DNA of 64,000 bases, taken from the NCBI GenBank assembly GCA_963664715.2, contig CAXXUY010000011.1, positions 410,351-474,350 on the forward strand, read 5' to 3'. The translations under genes were made by a program, and so were the position numbers. Under the pieces are notes generated by a model. It searched no databases. It was not told the origin of the DNA and saw only the letters and a list, made by a program, of their open reading frames with translations. This document shows positions 10,494-21,007 of this stretch, piece after piece (position 1 is the stretch's first letter; every line of letters starts with the position of its first letter). Source of the DNA: Paracoccaceae bacterium (lineage in GTDB: Bacteria > Pseudomonadota > Alphaproteobacteria > Rhodobacterales > Rhodobacteraceae).

Positions 10494-11689
10494 GACAGAT
10501 ATGCTCCTTGTTTCCTGATTACTTCCCGAATTTTCGGGAGGCCCACTTCAAGCTCGGCTTCATCCGCGACGAGCGCAACGCGTATGTAGCGCTGTCCGGG
10601 ATTGCTGCCATCCACCACGCGGCCAAGATATGCCCCCGGAAGAACGCGGACTCCGGCCTCCGACCAGAGCTTCAGCGCAGTCTCTTCTCCGTCGCCGGAG
10701 TAAAGCCAAAGGAAAAAACCGCCGTCAGGGCTACGATAGCCCTTCACGTCCTTGAACACCTGGTCCGCGATATCGAATTTACGGCCGTATCGCCGTCGAT
10801 TCTGCTCGACATGCACTTCATCACCCCAGGCAGCAGCCGACGCCGCCTGCAGCGGTGCAGGCATCGAGGGCGCCGAGTATTCTCTCAGCTTCTTCATTTG
10901 CTTCATTGTCTTGCGTCCTGTCACCATGAACCCGGAACGAAGTCCCGGCAGGTTCGAACGTTTCGACAGGGAATTGAATGCGACGACCCTCTCCCGTTTG
11001 ACGCCTGCTTTCTCTGCGACCTCGAGTATTCCTGTTGGCGGCTGAGAGCGGTAGATTTCCGAATAGCACTCATCCGCCAGCACCCGGAAACCATGCAGTT
11101 CAGCCAGTGACAGCAATCGCAACAGGTAGTCATTTGATGCCACTGCTCCTTCAGGATTCGAAGGGGAACACACGAAGGCGAGTGAGGTCCGTGCAAGAAT
11201 GTCCTGCGGCAATGACTCGAAATCCGGAAGAAACCCGGTTTCCCTGACAGCAGGCACGTAGACCGGTTCGGCACCGGCGGCCACGGTACCGGCAGCATAG
11301 ACCTGGTAAAACGGATTCGGGATGAGTACACAGGGCGCCTGGCCGTTCTTGGATTCCGGGACAAGCCACAAGCAGGCATTGAACAGGCCTTCCCGTGTTC
11401 CGTTCAGAATGATGATTTCCTTCTCCGGGTCGACATTGACCGAGTAGCGCCTGTCGATCCATCCGGAAACGGCGGAGAGCAATTCCAATGTTCCCATGGT
11501 TGGCGGATAGCGCCCAAGCCCTGCCCTCTGCTCGGCAATGGACTGAAAAATCCATTCCGGAAACTCATGCCTCGGATTGCCGACGGAAAGATCGATCACC
11601 TCTCCTCCGGCTCGCCTGCCCTTGAGGAGCTTGCGTAACCGCGAGAAAGGATATTCCGGCAGCACTGAAAACCGCTCTGGGAAACCCAT
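10490..11689 (-). CDS. class I/II pyridoxal-phosphate-dependent aminotransferase
   Basis: Has the PLP-lysine block [16 protein letters not shown], an NPSNPEG-like block (SPSNPEGA) and is about 400 aa. There is a 4-nt overlap with ftsK. Confidence 0.85.
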   Translation of the reverse strand: MGFPERFSVLPEYPFSRLRKLLKGRRAGGEVIDLSVGNPRHEFPEWIFQSIAEQRAGLGRYPPTMGTLELLSAVSGWIDRRYSVNVDPEKEIIILNGTREGLFNACLWLVPESKNGQAPCVLIPNPFYQVYAAGTVAAGAEPVYVPAVRETGFLPDFESLPQDILARTSLAFVCSPSNPEGAVASNDYLLRLLSLAELHGFRVLADECYSEIYRSQPPTGILEVAEKAGVKRERVVAFNSLSKRSNLPGLRSGFMVTGRKTMKQMKKLREYSAPSMPAPLQAASAAAWGDEVHVEQNRRRYGRKFDIADQVFKDVKGYRSPDGGFFLWLYSGDGEETALKLWSEAGVRVLPGAYLGRVVDGSNPGQRYIRVALVADEAELEVGLPKIREVIRKQGAYLS

Positions 11690-11826
11690 GACTAGCCTCG
11701 AATTCCGGGATCGTCTCGTCCCGTTCGGTCTCAGACTATTGAAATTGCTTGCAAAGGTAAAGCCCTGCCTGCGAATTCCTGATCAGCGGCAAGAAATGGA
11801 TGTGTCTTTTTTGCAAGAATCCGGCC

Positions 11827-13158
11827 CTATTTGAGGGCCTTTTCGACCTCCAGACCAATCTTGAGCAGACCCGCCTCGTCATACGGACGACCCAACAGCA
11901 TGACACCCGCAGAAGGCACCCCTGTGGGCAATGTGAGTGCGGTGGTCTCCATCAGGTTCCCGATTCGGGTGTTCCGCAGCGCCAGCAGGTTCTCGGTGGC
12001 ATGGAAGTCACTGTCTTCGAGGAGCCGGTCCTTGTCGGGTGGAAGAATGGGGCTGGTCGGCGCAAGAACGGCATCGAAACCGGAAACCGCCAGGCGAAAC
12101 TCCTGTCGTAACCCGTACAGCTGGCTCCATGCCTTCACGTAGTCCGTGCCCGAATAGGCCAATCCTGCAGTGAACCGCTTTCGGACTTCGCTGAACATCA
12201 ATTCAGGATTGGTCTGGATCACATCCATCCACTGCCCTGCCGCCTCGACGCCGTAGAGGCAACCCGACAGTTTCCACGCCTTGTCGACGGCATCGATCGA
12301 TCGAACCGTGACCCTTGCCCCCATGCCCCTGACTGCTTCAACCGCATTCGTGAATCCTCGCAGGGGCTCTTCGCGGACCCCATCCATGGCATTTTCGAGC
12401 ACCAGGAATCGCATCCTGTCCATCCTGGCTCCCGCCAGGTCCGGTGGATCAGGATTTCCGGAGAGTGCCGACAGAATCGCACTGGCATCTTCCACATTCC
12501 GGGCCAACGGACCAACGGTATCAAATCGTTTGCAAAGCGGAACGACGCCGTCCAGAGGTAGAAGTCCTGAAGTCGTCTTGAGGCCGACGAGGTCGTTGAA
12601 GACCGCCGGTACTCTGACTGATCCTCCCGTATCCGACCCGATCCCGGCCGCCGCCAGGCCATACGCCACCGATGCCGCGGCGCCCGAGGACGACCCACCG
12701 GCGACCGCATTCCGGTTGTTCACGCAACGTGGCGTCCCGGTTACCGGATTCAGTCCCAATCCGGAGAACGCGAACTCGCTGAGATGCGTCTTCCCCAGGC
12801 ACACCAATCCGAGCGCAGTCGCCCGGTACAGGACTTCCGCATCCTGAGCCGGAATCCGGTCTTTGAGGAGCAGGGTGCCAGCTTCGGTTCTCGTCCCGGC
12901 AGTATCAAAGATGTCCTTCCAGGAAATCGGCACTCCATCAAGAAGTGACAGCCGCATCCCCTTGCCAGCCCGGCGTGAGGCAGCCTCGGCCTCCGAATGA
13001 GCGCGTTCCAACGTCACGCGTGCAAAGATGTCATTCTTGTCCGGGCAGTCCTCGATACAGCCAAGGAACGTCCCGACGAGATCCACGGGATCGATTTCCC
13101 CACGGCCAATCATCCTTCCCAATTCGCAGGCACCCAAACGGGTCCAGTCCTTGCTCAT
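11827..13158 (-). CDS. amidase (amidase-signature family)
   Basis: Carries the amidase signature GGSSSGAAASVAYGLAAAGIGSDTGGSVRVPA. Confidence 0.85.
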   Translation of the reverse strand: MSKDWTRLGACELGRMIGRGEIDPVDLVGTFLGCIEDCPDKNDIFARVTLERAHSEAEAASRRAGKGMRLSLLDGVPISWKDIFDTAGTRTEAGTLLLKDRIPAQDAEVLYRATALGLVCLGKTHLSEFAFSGLGLNPVTGTPRCVNNRNAVAGGSSSGAAASVAYGLAAAGIGSDTGGSVRVPAVFNDLVGLKTTSGLLPLDGVVPLCKRFDTVGPLARNVEDASAILSALSGNPDPPDLAGARMDRMRFLVLENAMDGVREEPLRGFTNAVEAVRGMGARVTVRSIDAVDKAWKLSGCLYGVEAAGQWMDVIQTNPELMFSEVRKRFTAGLAYSGTDYVKAWSQLYGLRQEFRLAVSGFDAVLAPTSPILPPDKDRLLEDSDFHATENLLALRNTRIGNLMETTALTLPTGVPSAGVMLLGRPYDEAGLLKIGLEVEKALK

Positions 13159-13395
13159 TCGCCATTCTCCAAGTCAGGTAACCGATTAGGTACGGAACGA
13201 TCAGGCATTCGACAATCCCAAATCTGCGTCGGGCGACCGGAATTCAGCAGGTGATCGGAGCCGGGACACGGCTGTTCCGGCGAGACTTTCCTGCAATGCA
13301 ATTCCAGCTTGCAACCACCTGACCTTGCATTCAAGAATCATGGGATCCAGGAGCACGGAACTGACCGATCCCAAAAAATGAACTGGTATTGACAC

Positions 13396-15060
13396 ATGAG
13401 TTACGATTTCGACCTGGGCTCATTTCACCGGCCCGTAACCACCTGCGACGCAGACGCCCAGACCTGGTTTAATCGCGGACTTGCCTGGACCTACGGTTTC
13501 AATCACGAGGAAGCCGTCGCCTGTTTCAGGAAAGCCGCCAATGCTGACCCGGAATGCGCGATGGCATATTGGGGCATTTCCTACGCGATTGGCCCCAACT
13601 ACAACAAGCAATGGGAAGCCTTTGACGAGCTGGATGCCGCCAATTCCCTGATGGAGGCATACGACAATGCCGAAAGGGCTTCTGCATTATCGGACAGGTG
13701 CAGCAGGGCCGAGGCCGGTCTGATTGAAGCACTCAAGGCCAGGTATCCGGCAAGGGAACCGGCCGAAGACATGACTCCCTGGAACGATGCATATGCCGCG
13801 GCGATGCGCCTGGTCTACAATGAGAATCCGGAAGATGTGGATGTTGAGGCACTCTTTGCCGAGGCTCTCATGAACAGGACGCCCTGGGAACTCTGGGATC
13901 TCAAGACCGGCACTGTTGCCGAAGGCGCGGATACCCTGGAAGCACGAACTGTCCTGGAATCTGCCATCGGCCGCCTCGTTGAATCGGGAAGCCCGGGGCA
14001 TCCGGGCTTGCTTCACATGTATATTCACCTCATGGAGATGTCCCCGACACCGGAGCTGGCACTGAATGCGGCCGACGGACTGCGGGGGCTTGTGCCGGAT
14101 TCGGGTCACCTCCAGCACATGGCCACCCATATCGACTCGATCTGCGGCGACTACGTCAATGTCGTACGATCAAACAGCGAAGCGGTCCGGTCGGACAGGC
14201 GCTACTACGAGAAGGAAGGCGCCCTCAACTTCTACACGCTCTACCGCTGCCACAATTTCCACTTCAAGATCTACGGCGCCATGTTTCTGGGCCAGTACCG
14301 GACTGCGATCAATACCTGTGAGGAAATGATTGCCACGCTTCCCGAGGAACTTCTTGTCGTGGAGTCGCCTCCGATGGCTGACTGGGTCGAGGCGTTCATA
14401 CCGGTAAAGCAACACGTGCTGGTCAGGTTCGGTCGATGGAAGGACATCCTGCAACAGACGCTGCATGATAGCCGAGGTATTTTCTGCGTCACCAACGCGA
14501 CGATACTCTATGCACGCGCCGTTGCGCATGCCTCGCTCCAGAACCCGCAGGCGGCACGGAACGAGGCGGAGGCATTCGAGGAAGCTGTCGCGCTTGTGCC
14601 GGACAGCCGGTACCTGTTCAACAATTCCTGCCAGGATATTCTTGCGATTGCGAGAGAGATGATGCTGGGAGAAATCCTCTACCGGGAAGATTCATTCGAG
14701 GAAGCGTTCGCGCACCTCCGAAGGGCTGTGGAGCTTGATGACAACCTTCCCTATGACGAGCCTTGGGGTTGGATGCAGCCTGCCCGGCATGCGCTAGGCG
14801 CGCTGCTTATGGAACAGGAACGATTGGAGGAGGCCTGCGAGGTCTACGAGACTGACCTTGGCCTGAACCAGGTACTTAGCCCTTCATGCCGGCACCCCGA
14901 CAACATCTGGAGCCTTGCCGGTTACCACGAATGCCTGACGAGGCTGGGACGGCAAGAATTGGCAGGACAGATCGGGCAGCGGCTCGTTCTTGCCCGCGCA
15001 CGCGCCGACATTCCCGTCTCAGCCTCGTGTTTCTGCCGGCTGTCGGCACAGCCGGTTTGA
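13396..15060 (+). CDS. TPR-like repeat protein of unknown function
   Basis: A long uninterrupted ORF (554 aa) with codon usage typical of the neighbours. It is helical-repeat-like (EEAVACFRKAANADPECAMAYWGISYA; FEEAFAHLRRAVELDDN). No catalytic motif was recognised. Confidence 0.6.
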   Translation: MSYDFDLGSFHRPVTTCDADAQTWFNRGLAWTYGFNHEEAVACFRKAANADPECAMAYWGISYAIGPNYNKQWEAFDELDAANSLMEAYDNAERASALSDRCSRAEAGLIEALKARYPAREPAEDMTPWNDAYAAAMRLVYNENPEDVDVEALFAEALMNRTPWELWDLKTGTVAEGADTLEARTVLESAIGRLVESGSPGHPGLLHMYIHLMEMSPTPELALNAADGLRGLVPDSGHLQHMATHIDSICGDYVNVVRSNSEAVRSDRRYYEKEGALNFYTLYRCHNFHFKIYGAMFLGQYRTAINTCEEMIATLPEELLVVESPPMADWVEAFIPVKQHVLVRFGRWKDILQQTLHDSRGIFCVTNATILYARAVAHASLQNPQAARNEAEAFEEAVALVPDSRYLFNNSCQDILAIAREMMLGEILYREDSFEEAFAHLRRAVELDDNLPYDEPWGWMQPARHALGALLMEQERLEEACEVYETDLGLNQVLSPSCRHPDNIWSLAGYHECLTRLGRQELAGQIGQRLVLARARADIPVSASCFCRLSAQPV

Positions 15061-15075
15061 AGACCCGGGATTGAA

Positions 15076-16302
15076 ATGCGAATGGACAGCGACATCGCAA
15101 TCTGCGGCGGAGGCATCGTTGGCAGTTCACTCGCGCTTGCACTGGCGCGGGAGGGATTGTCCGTCCTCCTTTTCGACATGTCGCCTGCCCCAGCCCGGGG
15201 ATCTGCCGGGTCCGACAGGAGGGCCTTTGCCCTGTCGCTGTCCTCCTGCCGATTGCTCGATACACTTGGACTTGCAGACCTGCTTCGCAAGCGCGGACAG
15301 GCAGTGCGCTCCGTCAGCATTTCCGATGGCCGGGCCGGGCAAGGAGCCGGCCCGGCGGTGCTTGGATTCGATGCCGGTGAAATCCAGGAAGACTCACTGG
15401 GATGCGTGATCGAAGACCGGCACCTGCGTTCCGGACTGATCGGTCTCGTGAAGCATCAGCCAGGAATCACGCATCTGACTGCGGCAGCCGTGTCAGACTG
15501 CCGGGTCGAATCCTCCGGAGTAATGGTGTTGTTGACATCCGGCCGTCAATACAGGGCCCGAGTCGTGGCGGGGTGCGACGGGCGAAACGGAACCGTGGCC
15601 CGGTGTGTCAGCCCGCCCCGGCTGATGAAGGATTACGGTCAGTCTGCACTGGTTTGCACCATCGAACACGAACTGCCTCATGAGGGAGTTGCCCATCAGT
15701 TCTTCATGCCGCCCGGCCCGCTGGCAATCCTGCCGCTTCCCGGATGCACATCTTCAGTCGTATGGACAGAATCCACCGCCGAGGTCGACAGGCTCGTCTC
15801 CCTGCCGGAAGCCGGGTTCATCAGCGAACTCCAGCCCCGTTTCGGCGACTTTCTCGGCAGGCTGCGACTTGTGGGCAACCGGTTTGCCTGGCCTCTCTCC
15901 CTGTCACTGGCCGAGAGCATTGCAGCACCTCGCCTGGTTCTCGTGGGGGAAGCAGCACACGGATTCCATCCGCTTGCCGGCCAGGGACTGAATGTCGGAT
16001 TGCGGGACGCCGCCGCCCTGGCCGAAATCCTCGTCCAGGCAACCCGCCGAGGCGAAGACTCAGGAAACCTCGCCGTGCTCCGCCGGTACCAGGAGTGGCG
16101 ACGGGTCGATGCGGCATCGCTTGCGGTTGCGACAGATTTCTTCAACTGGATCTACTCCAATGACAGCGACTTCCTCCGGACCATTCGCGGAATTGGGATG
16201 TTCATGGTCAGGGGAGCACCCTGGCTGAAGAGGTCGTTGATCAGGGAAGCTGCGGGACTATCCGGTTCATTGCCGCGCCTCGTATCCGGAAGACCGCTCT
16301 GA
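15076..16302 (+). CDS. UbiH/UbiF/VisC/COQ6-family FAD-dependent hydroxylase
   Basis: Has an N-terminal dinucleotide fold DIAICGGGIVGSSLALALAREG, GCDGRNG, and a C-terminal LVGEAAHGFHPLAGQGLNVGLRDA block. Confidence 0.85.
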   Translation: MRMDSDIAICGGGIVGSSLALALAREGLSVLLFDMSPAPARGSAGSDRRAFALSLSSCRLLDTLGLADLLRKRGQAVRSVSISDGRAGQGAGPAVLGFDAGEIQEDSLGCVIEDRHLRSGLIGLVKHQPGITHLTAAAVSDCRVESSGVMVLLTSGRQYRARVVAGCDGRNGTVARCVSPPRLMKDYGQSALVCTIEHELPHEGVAHQFFMPPGPLAILPLPGCTSSVVWTESTAEVDRLVSLPEAGFISELQPRFGDFLGRLRLVGNRFAWPLSLSLAESIAAPRLVLVGEAAHGFHPLAGQGLNVGLRDAAALAEILVQATRRGEDSGNLAVLRRYQEWRRVDAASLAVATDFFNWIYSNDSDFLRTIRGIGMFMVRGAPWLKRSLIREAAGLSGSLPRLVSGRPL

Positions 16303-16332
16303 AACGGAGTCGGGAGAAGCCGCAGCGGTGTC

Positions 16333-16515
16333 TCAGTCGAGTTCGCGCGCTTCGTCTGCCAGCATGATCGGAATGCCATTGCGGATGGGGAAGGCAAGTC
16401 GAGCGGCTTTGGAAACCAGTTCGTTCGCCTCCCTGTCGTAGGTCAAGGTTGCATGAGTAACCGGACAAACCAGTGACTCGAGCATTTTCCGGTCGATCTT
16501 GTCCTTTTCGTTCAT
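16333..16515 (-). CDS. Trm112 family (UPF0434) small protein
   Basis: A 60 aa protein with LESLVCPVT...L.Y......LVS......[11 protein letters not shown], typical of bacterial Trm112/YcaR. Confidence 0.8.
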   Translation of the reverse strand: MNEKDKIDRKMLESLVCPVTHATLTYDREANELVSKAARLAFPIRNGIPIMLADEARELD

Positions 16516-17150
16516 TGCGTGGTCATGTCCTTTCCGCAGCTCATGTCCATCCTCAGCAGGAATTCCAGGGCCCGGCTTCGTTCGGGTAGATGCGGGATTT
16601 CCAGCAGAGCCTGCTTTTCCTCTGGTGCCAGGTCTGCCGACATCGAGACCTCGTTCACCAGGAAATACACGCCGCGCCCTTCAACCCGGTTCCATTTCAG
16701 CTCTACGCCGCGGATATCGAAGAACCGCTTGACGACCCCGGCAAAGCCTTCAAAATCGAAGCCGGGCGGGTCGTTCTCCACTCGCTTGTCGTGCCCGAAC
16801 TCGGACCATTCCACTGAAGCGTTCAGGTATGGCGTGGCACATTGAACAAGATTCTGGAAACGAAACCGCGACACTCCAAGCAATATGATTTCGTAGCGAC
16901 CGTCCTCGGTTTTTCGGCAACCGGAAATCAGACCGGCGCAACCGATGGAATACAGTTCACCTTCCTTGCCGGACTGTGATGAAGGCTGAACCATCCCGAT
17001 CAGGTTGCTCTCGGATTCGAGGGCATCACTGACCATGGCAACATATCTGGGTTCGAAAATGTTCAGTGGCAGCAGGCAGTGCGGAAACATGGTCGCGCCG
17101 GAGAGCGGGAAAATGGGTATGATGTCTGGCAGTTTGGTCAGGTCGATCAT
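16512..17150 (-). CDS. LON peptidase substrate-binding (LON N-terminal) domain protein
   Basis: Starts with [30 protein letters not shown], typical of stand-alone Lon-N domain proteins. There is a 4-nt overlap with the Trm112 gene. Confidence 0.8.
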   Translation of the reverse strand: MIDLTKLPDIIPIFPLSGATMFPHCLLPLNIFEPRYVAMVSDALESESNLIGMVQPSSQSGKEGELYSIGCAGLISGCRKTEDGRYEIILLGVSRFRFQNLVQCATPYLNASVEWSEFGHDKRVENDPPGFDFEGFAGVVKRFFDIRGVELKWNRVEGRGVYFLVNEVSMSADLAPEEKQALLEIPHLPERSRALEFLLRMDMSCGKDMTTQ

Positions 17151-17189
17151 GAAGCGCGATTACTGAATTGCGTCCGCGCGACGGCGCAT

Positions 17190-18086
17190 TTACGAGAAAA
17201 TTACAGATGACAACCTTCTGCGACCCCGCAACGCAATCGGGTCATTCGGTTTCAGCGAGTCGAATATCTTGAACAACTGCTGGCGTGCCGCGCCGTCCTG
17301 CCATTCGCGGTCGCGCCGGAAGAGTTCCAGCAACTCGTCGATGGCACCCTCGACATCACCACCAGCCAACCTGGCAGTCGACAGATCAAACCTGGCCTGG
17401 AGGTCGTCGGGATTGGCCTGAACCCTTTCTTCAAGCTTCCGAACCGGACCGGCTCTGGCAGCCTGCCTCGCAAGGTCGGCAGCAGCGCGTGCCGCCTGGA
17501 TTTCCTTGTGATCCCGGATCGAGTCAGGCGCGGAGTTCAGCAATCCTTCTGCCTTGTCTATGTCACCAAGCGCCAGGTAAGCACGCGCCAGACCGCTGAA
17601 TCCCGACGGGTTTTCCCGGTCTTCCGACAGCGCTTCCGAAAAATACTGAGCAGCCTCAACCGCCGCTCCCTCCGCGAGCAACAATTCGCCATGTTCAATG
17701 ATGGCTTCGACCTGGCCATTTGACTCCGAACCCGCCAACTTGTTGACAAATGCCGACAATTCAGCACCGCTCTTTGCACCGACAAACATGTCGACCGGTC
17801 GGCCATCCACAAACGCAAAGACTGCCGGAATCGATTGGATGCGAAGCTGGGCCGCCAGTTGGCGGTTGGCTTCAGTGTCGTACTTGATGAGAGAGACCCT
17901 TCCGGCCGTCGCATTGACGGCCCGTTCGAGCTCGGGCCCGAATGTCTTGCACGGACCGCACCAGGCAGCGCTGAAATAAGCAATGACCGGCTGATTCCTG
18001 CTGGCCTCGAGAACATCCTCGGCAAAGGTTGCTTCGGACCCTTCCCTGACCGTCTCGCCGCCATGACTCTTGCCAAAGCCGAACAT
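17190..18086 (-). CDS. thioredoxin-domain plus TPR co-chaperone (YbbN/CnoX-like)
   Basis: Has a Trx fold with the active-site context FSAWCGPCKTF, followed by TPR-like helices (AAQYFSEALSEDRENP..GLARAYLALGDIDKAE). Confidence 0.85.
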   Translation of the reverse strand: MFGFGKSHGGETVREGSEATFAEDVLEASRNQPVIAYFSAAWCGPCKTFGPELERAVNATAGRVSLIKYDTEANRQLAAQLRIQSIPAVFAFVDGRPVDMFVGAKSGAELSAFVNKLAGSESNGQVEAIIEHGELLLAEGAAVEAAQYFSEALSEDRENPSGFSGLARAYLALGDIDKAEGLLNSAPDSIRDHKEIQAARAAADLARQAARAGPVRKLEERVQANPDDLQARFDLSTARLAGGDVEGAIDELLELFRRDREWQDGAARQQLFKIFDSLKPNDPIALRGRRRLSSVIFS

Positions 18087-18362
18087 GATCTTGTGTCCCT
18101 TTATGCCCTATTGAACCCTAAATGACTGATAATGCTGTATTCGGTGCATTCCGTCGCATTCCGTCAACATATGGCGACCGAATTCAGACCGACTCCCGTT
18201 TGGAAATGCAACGACATTCGCCGCCTGTTCCGAATCGCACTCAAATGATCATACATACATCTAGCTCGTACCCGTACCCGAGTGGCACTGACAAGTCGCA
18301 GCCGTGACCTTGCCAACTCAATCCGGTTGCACAGTTTACGTCGACCGGGTCATCCTGCCGGG

Positions 18363-18950
18363 TCAGGTCACATTTTGATCCCGCTTGTCCTGCGGTTGGG
18401 TAGCAAGTCTTCTCCGAGAATTCCAGACAGCTTTCAACTTCTTTCCGTGTATCGAGTGCAGGAGACTGCGAATGTTGACCCCGGTTTCCGTCATGTATCG
18501 TGCAAGACTCGAAGCTGTTTCACGTTTTTCGATCCCCAAGCAACCAGGCAACTCGCCCCGTCGCTTGGAGGCCTGAGAATCCGAATCATGGAAGTGGTAA
18601 GCCAGAACTTCAATGAGTGACGCTGAACGCACCTCCTTGGTCTTCGAGGCCCTGACTCAAGGACAACACTGTCACGACTGTTCGGGCAGATACTCTTCAG
18701 GGTTTGCCCTGATGCGAACTACCCGCAAGACATCGAGTACAGCTTTGTTGGCAAGCCAGATCACGATGTATTCACGATTTGGATGGGCGCACACCGGCGG
18801 CAAAAAACTGTCCTGAATCAGCTGCTGGCACACATCCTGCTTGGGAAGGAAGACAACCCAGGGCAGGCTTTCCGGACCAATCCGGGTTCCAGGAAAATCG
18901 ACATCGGTCTGAACCGGGAAATCTACCGAGCTGCACGACACGTCAGTCCG
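18363..18950 (-). pseudogene. tyrosine recombinase/integrase remnant (two frames)
   Basis: ORF 18363-18632 has degenerate box II-like strings (HFHDSDSQAS ~ HDLRHTxAS; ARYMTETGVNIRSLLHSIHGKK ~ LLEAGVDIRVIQELLGHK). ORF 18672-18977 has a catalytic-core-like string (VDFPGTRI...WVVFLPKQDVCQQL ~ W.DIDL..G.I...R.VPL...L). No intact ORF is present. Confidence 0.4.
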
Positions 18951-18973
18951 AGAAACAACACCTAAACACGATC

Positions 18974-19756
18974 TCAATGCAAACGGACAATGTCACAGCT
19001 GGCCGGTGGGACCAAATGCCCCCAGTATGTTCGGGACTTTTCATGGGCAGCTCCGCAGGCCTGGTTCATTGCCCCGTCCTTTCGGTTGGCTGGCTCTCCT
19101 GTCACCCCTGACTCTTCTCCGCGCGCGAATGAACCGGTGCAGGCCGCCCTGCCAAGTGAACATGCCCTCTGCCGGATCAGAGCGTCCAGCTCCATGCTGA
19201 TTCTCTCTGCCTCGGCAACCTGTTCCCGGGTCATCAGGTTTTGCAGCCTGTCTCGATTCTCATTGGATATTTCGTGGCCCTGCGATCCGGCAAGACTGAA
19301 CCAGGCATAGGCACGCACGAAGTCCTGAACCACGCCCTTGCCTTCATAATACATGATTCCCAGGTTCCATTGGGCAACGGCAACGCCGTATCCGGCGGCT
19401 TGACCGAACCAGGAGGCGGCGGCGGCATAATCCTGTGCCGTGCCCTGGCCCTGATAATACATGATCCCCAGCGCCAACTGGGCTTCGGGAATGCCCTGAT
19501 CCATGGCAGGTTTGGCTGCCTGGAGGAACCAGAAATGGGCACGCCTGAAGTTCCCGGCCAGACCTTCGCCCTGATGGTACATCCGTCCCAGGTTGAACTG
19601 GGCTTCGGGTATGCCCTGTTCTGCCAGTGCGCGAAACTCTCTCAAGGCTGCAGCGTAGTTGCCGCGTTGATACGCCTTCACTCCGGCATCGAAATCCCCG
19701 GCACTGGCAACCCCCGCAGAGACGACCAATGTCGCAGCAATGAACCGGGCAATCAT
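18974..19756 (-). CDS. Sel1-repeat (SLR) secreted protein
   Basis: Probable start MIARFIAATLVVSAGVASA (signal peptide) at 19756. At least five Sel1 repeats are present (AQFNLGRMYHQGEGLAGNFRRAHFWF; AQLALGIMYYQGQGTAQDYAAAASWF; AQWNLGIMYYEGKGVVQDFVRAYAWF). Confidence 0.8.
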   Translation of the reverse strand: MIARFIAATLVVSAGVASAGDFDAGVKAYQRGNYAAALREFRALAEQGIPEAQFNLGRMYHQGEGLAGNFRRAHFWFLQAAKPAMDQGIPEAQLALGIMYYQGQGTAQDYAAAASWFGQAAGYGVAVAQWNLGIMYYEGKGVVQDFVRAYAWFSLAGSQGHEISNENRDRLQNLMTREQVAEAERISMELDALIRQRACSLGRAACTGSFARGEESGVTGEPANRKDGAMNQACGAAHEKSRTYWGHLVPPASCDIVRLH

Positions 19757-20176
19757 TCCTTGAACAATTCTCCCGGACAACCGGTTCGGCGTGGACCCCG
19801 TCAGCCATCCTGTCCTGTATCGACATCCCACTGATCCTGAACGGAAAGCAAGGCACTGCCTCCTCCATGCGATGTCCGCTATTGTGGTCAGAAGACCGTC
19901 GGCAAGCCCGGCTGCAGCGGAGATACCGCCAGGCCACTGTTTCCGTTCTGCCGGTCCCGCGGTTCTCTGACCGGGACAGCAATGCGGTAACGCTGCCCGC
20001 CATCCCCCGAACGGCGGTTGAGCGCGCACAGCAAAACGCCGCGCTCCGGCGCGTTTCTGCTCTCGGGCTCGTTGCCGGAGGTGCCAAGACTGACCCCGAA
20101 GGGGTTGTCCCACTCTGCCGATTTCACCCGCCAGCTGCACCCGGTAGTCCGTGTTGTTGCCCAGGCTCGAATTTTC

Positions 20177-20650
20177 CTACGAGGCGGTGGGAGAAATGGT
20201 CTCGGTGCAGGAGGCCCCCACCCAGGCCTTGGCCGCGCTGGTGCCGGCCACCGCATCGTCGGCGACCGCGGCCGCGTCGACCGAGGAGTTGTGCATGTCG
20301 TGACCAGTCACTGTCCCCGAAAAAGCTGTCCAGCTCAGGTCCGGCTTCCCATTGCCTGCCGGGACGCCCGGATTGGTCGGCACGGCGGGCGGCGTCTCGG
20401 GTACGGTTCGCGATGCCTGGTTTGCACTGTCGGACGTTTGCCTGGTCGACACCTCGAGCATGGCACTTTCCTCACATGGGTCCGAGCACGCGCCGGACCC
20501 TCCACTCTTCCTCTGCGGGCTCACCGGCGGGGACGCAATGTTCCAGAGAGTGTCGCCGGATGATGCACCCTATTCATCAATGTTTCATGTGCATAGTGAT
20601 TTTTTACATCTCGTCAACATAAACATATGCTGTCACAAGGTAAACGACGG
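20177..20650 (-). repeat. leader module copy A (paralog of the autotransporter 5' leader plus degenerate N-terminus)
   Basis: Aligns with 28360-28835. Exact blocks include ggcgggcggcgtctcggg (18 nt), cggttcgcgatgcc (14 nt) and agagtgtcgccggatgatg (19 nt). The 115-codon minus-strand ORF (MSPQRKSGGSGACSDPCEESAMLE..SDSANQASRTVPETPPAVP..SGTVTGHD) parallels the first ~115 codons of ORF 24631-28707, then stops. Confidence 0.6.
20590..20644 (-). promoter_or_regulatory. predicted sigma70-type promoter with two upstream TTTAY boxes (copy A)
   Basis: On the minus strand: TTGACG (20617-20612), a 16-nt spacer, then TATGCA (20595-20590). TTTAC (20644-20640) and TTTAT (20623-20619) lie 21 nt apart, with the proximal box abutting the -35. 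Copy B has the same architecture. Confidence 0.3.
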
Positions 20651-21007
20651 TACAGTTCAGACGCCGCCCTCCGCCTGCCGGGAAGTGACTTCTCCCCGAA
20701 ATCAGTGCGCGCGAGGGCGCGTGCGACCTTCAGGGCGGGGTCGCGGAGCGGCGAGGGTGCTGGGCTTGGCGGTGGCGACCGGAGCGGCGGTTGGGCGCGG
20801 GAAGGTCGGAGGTCGCAGAAGGCGTCCCCCTACAACCGACTCTCATGCAGATTGACGCCGAGCTGACCTTGATTGTCGCCCGACACCATTCCTGTCCGCT
20901 GAAGCCAGAGGGTGGCAGCAGCTGTTGTGCACTTCGCAATCGCCCGAGCGGCGCTCTCTCCAGGCGCCAGAGCCGACGGGCGCGATAACCCGACCGCTGG
21001 CGGAAGG

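Noticed and set aside
11790-11830. A perfect 6-bp hairpin (ggccct-caaat-agggcc) at the amidase stop, as a terminator.
   Set aside because: On the transcribed (minus) strand the hairpin is followed by GGAUUCUUGCAAAAAA, not a U-tract, so it is not a convincing intrinsic terminator.
18094-18102. Candidate att direct repeats for the island. tgtcccttt occurs at 18094 and 35462, and atgctgtat at about 18133 and about 35561.
   Set aside because: These are only 9-mers with different spacing. That is expected by chance between two 250-bp regions, and the left copy overlaps the RBS region of the thioredoxin gene. They are insufficient as att sites.
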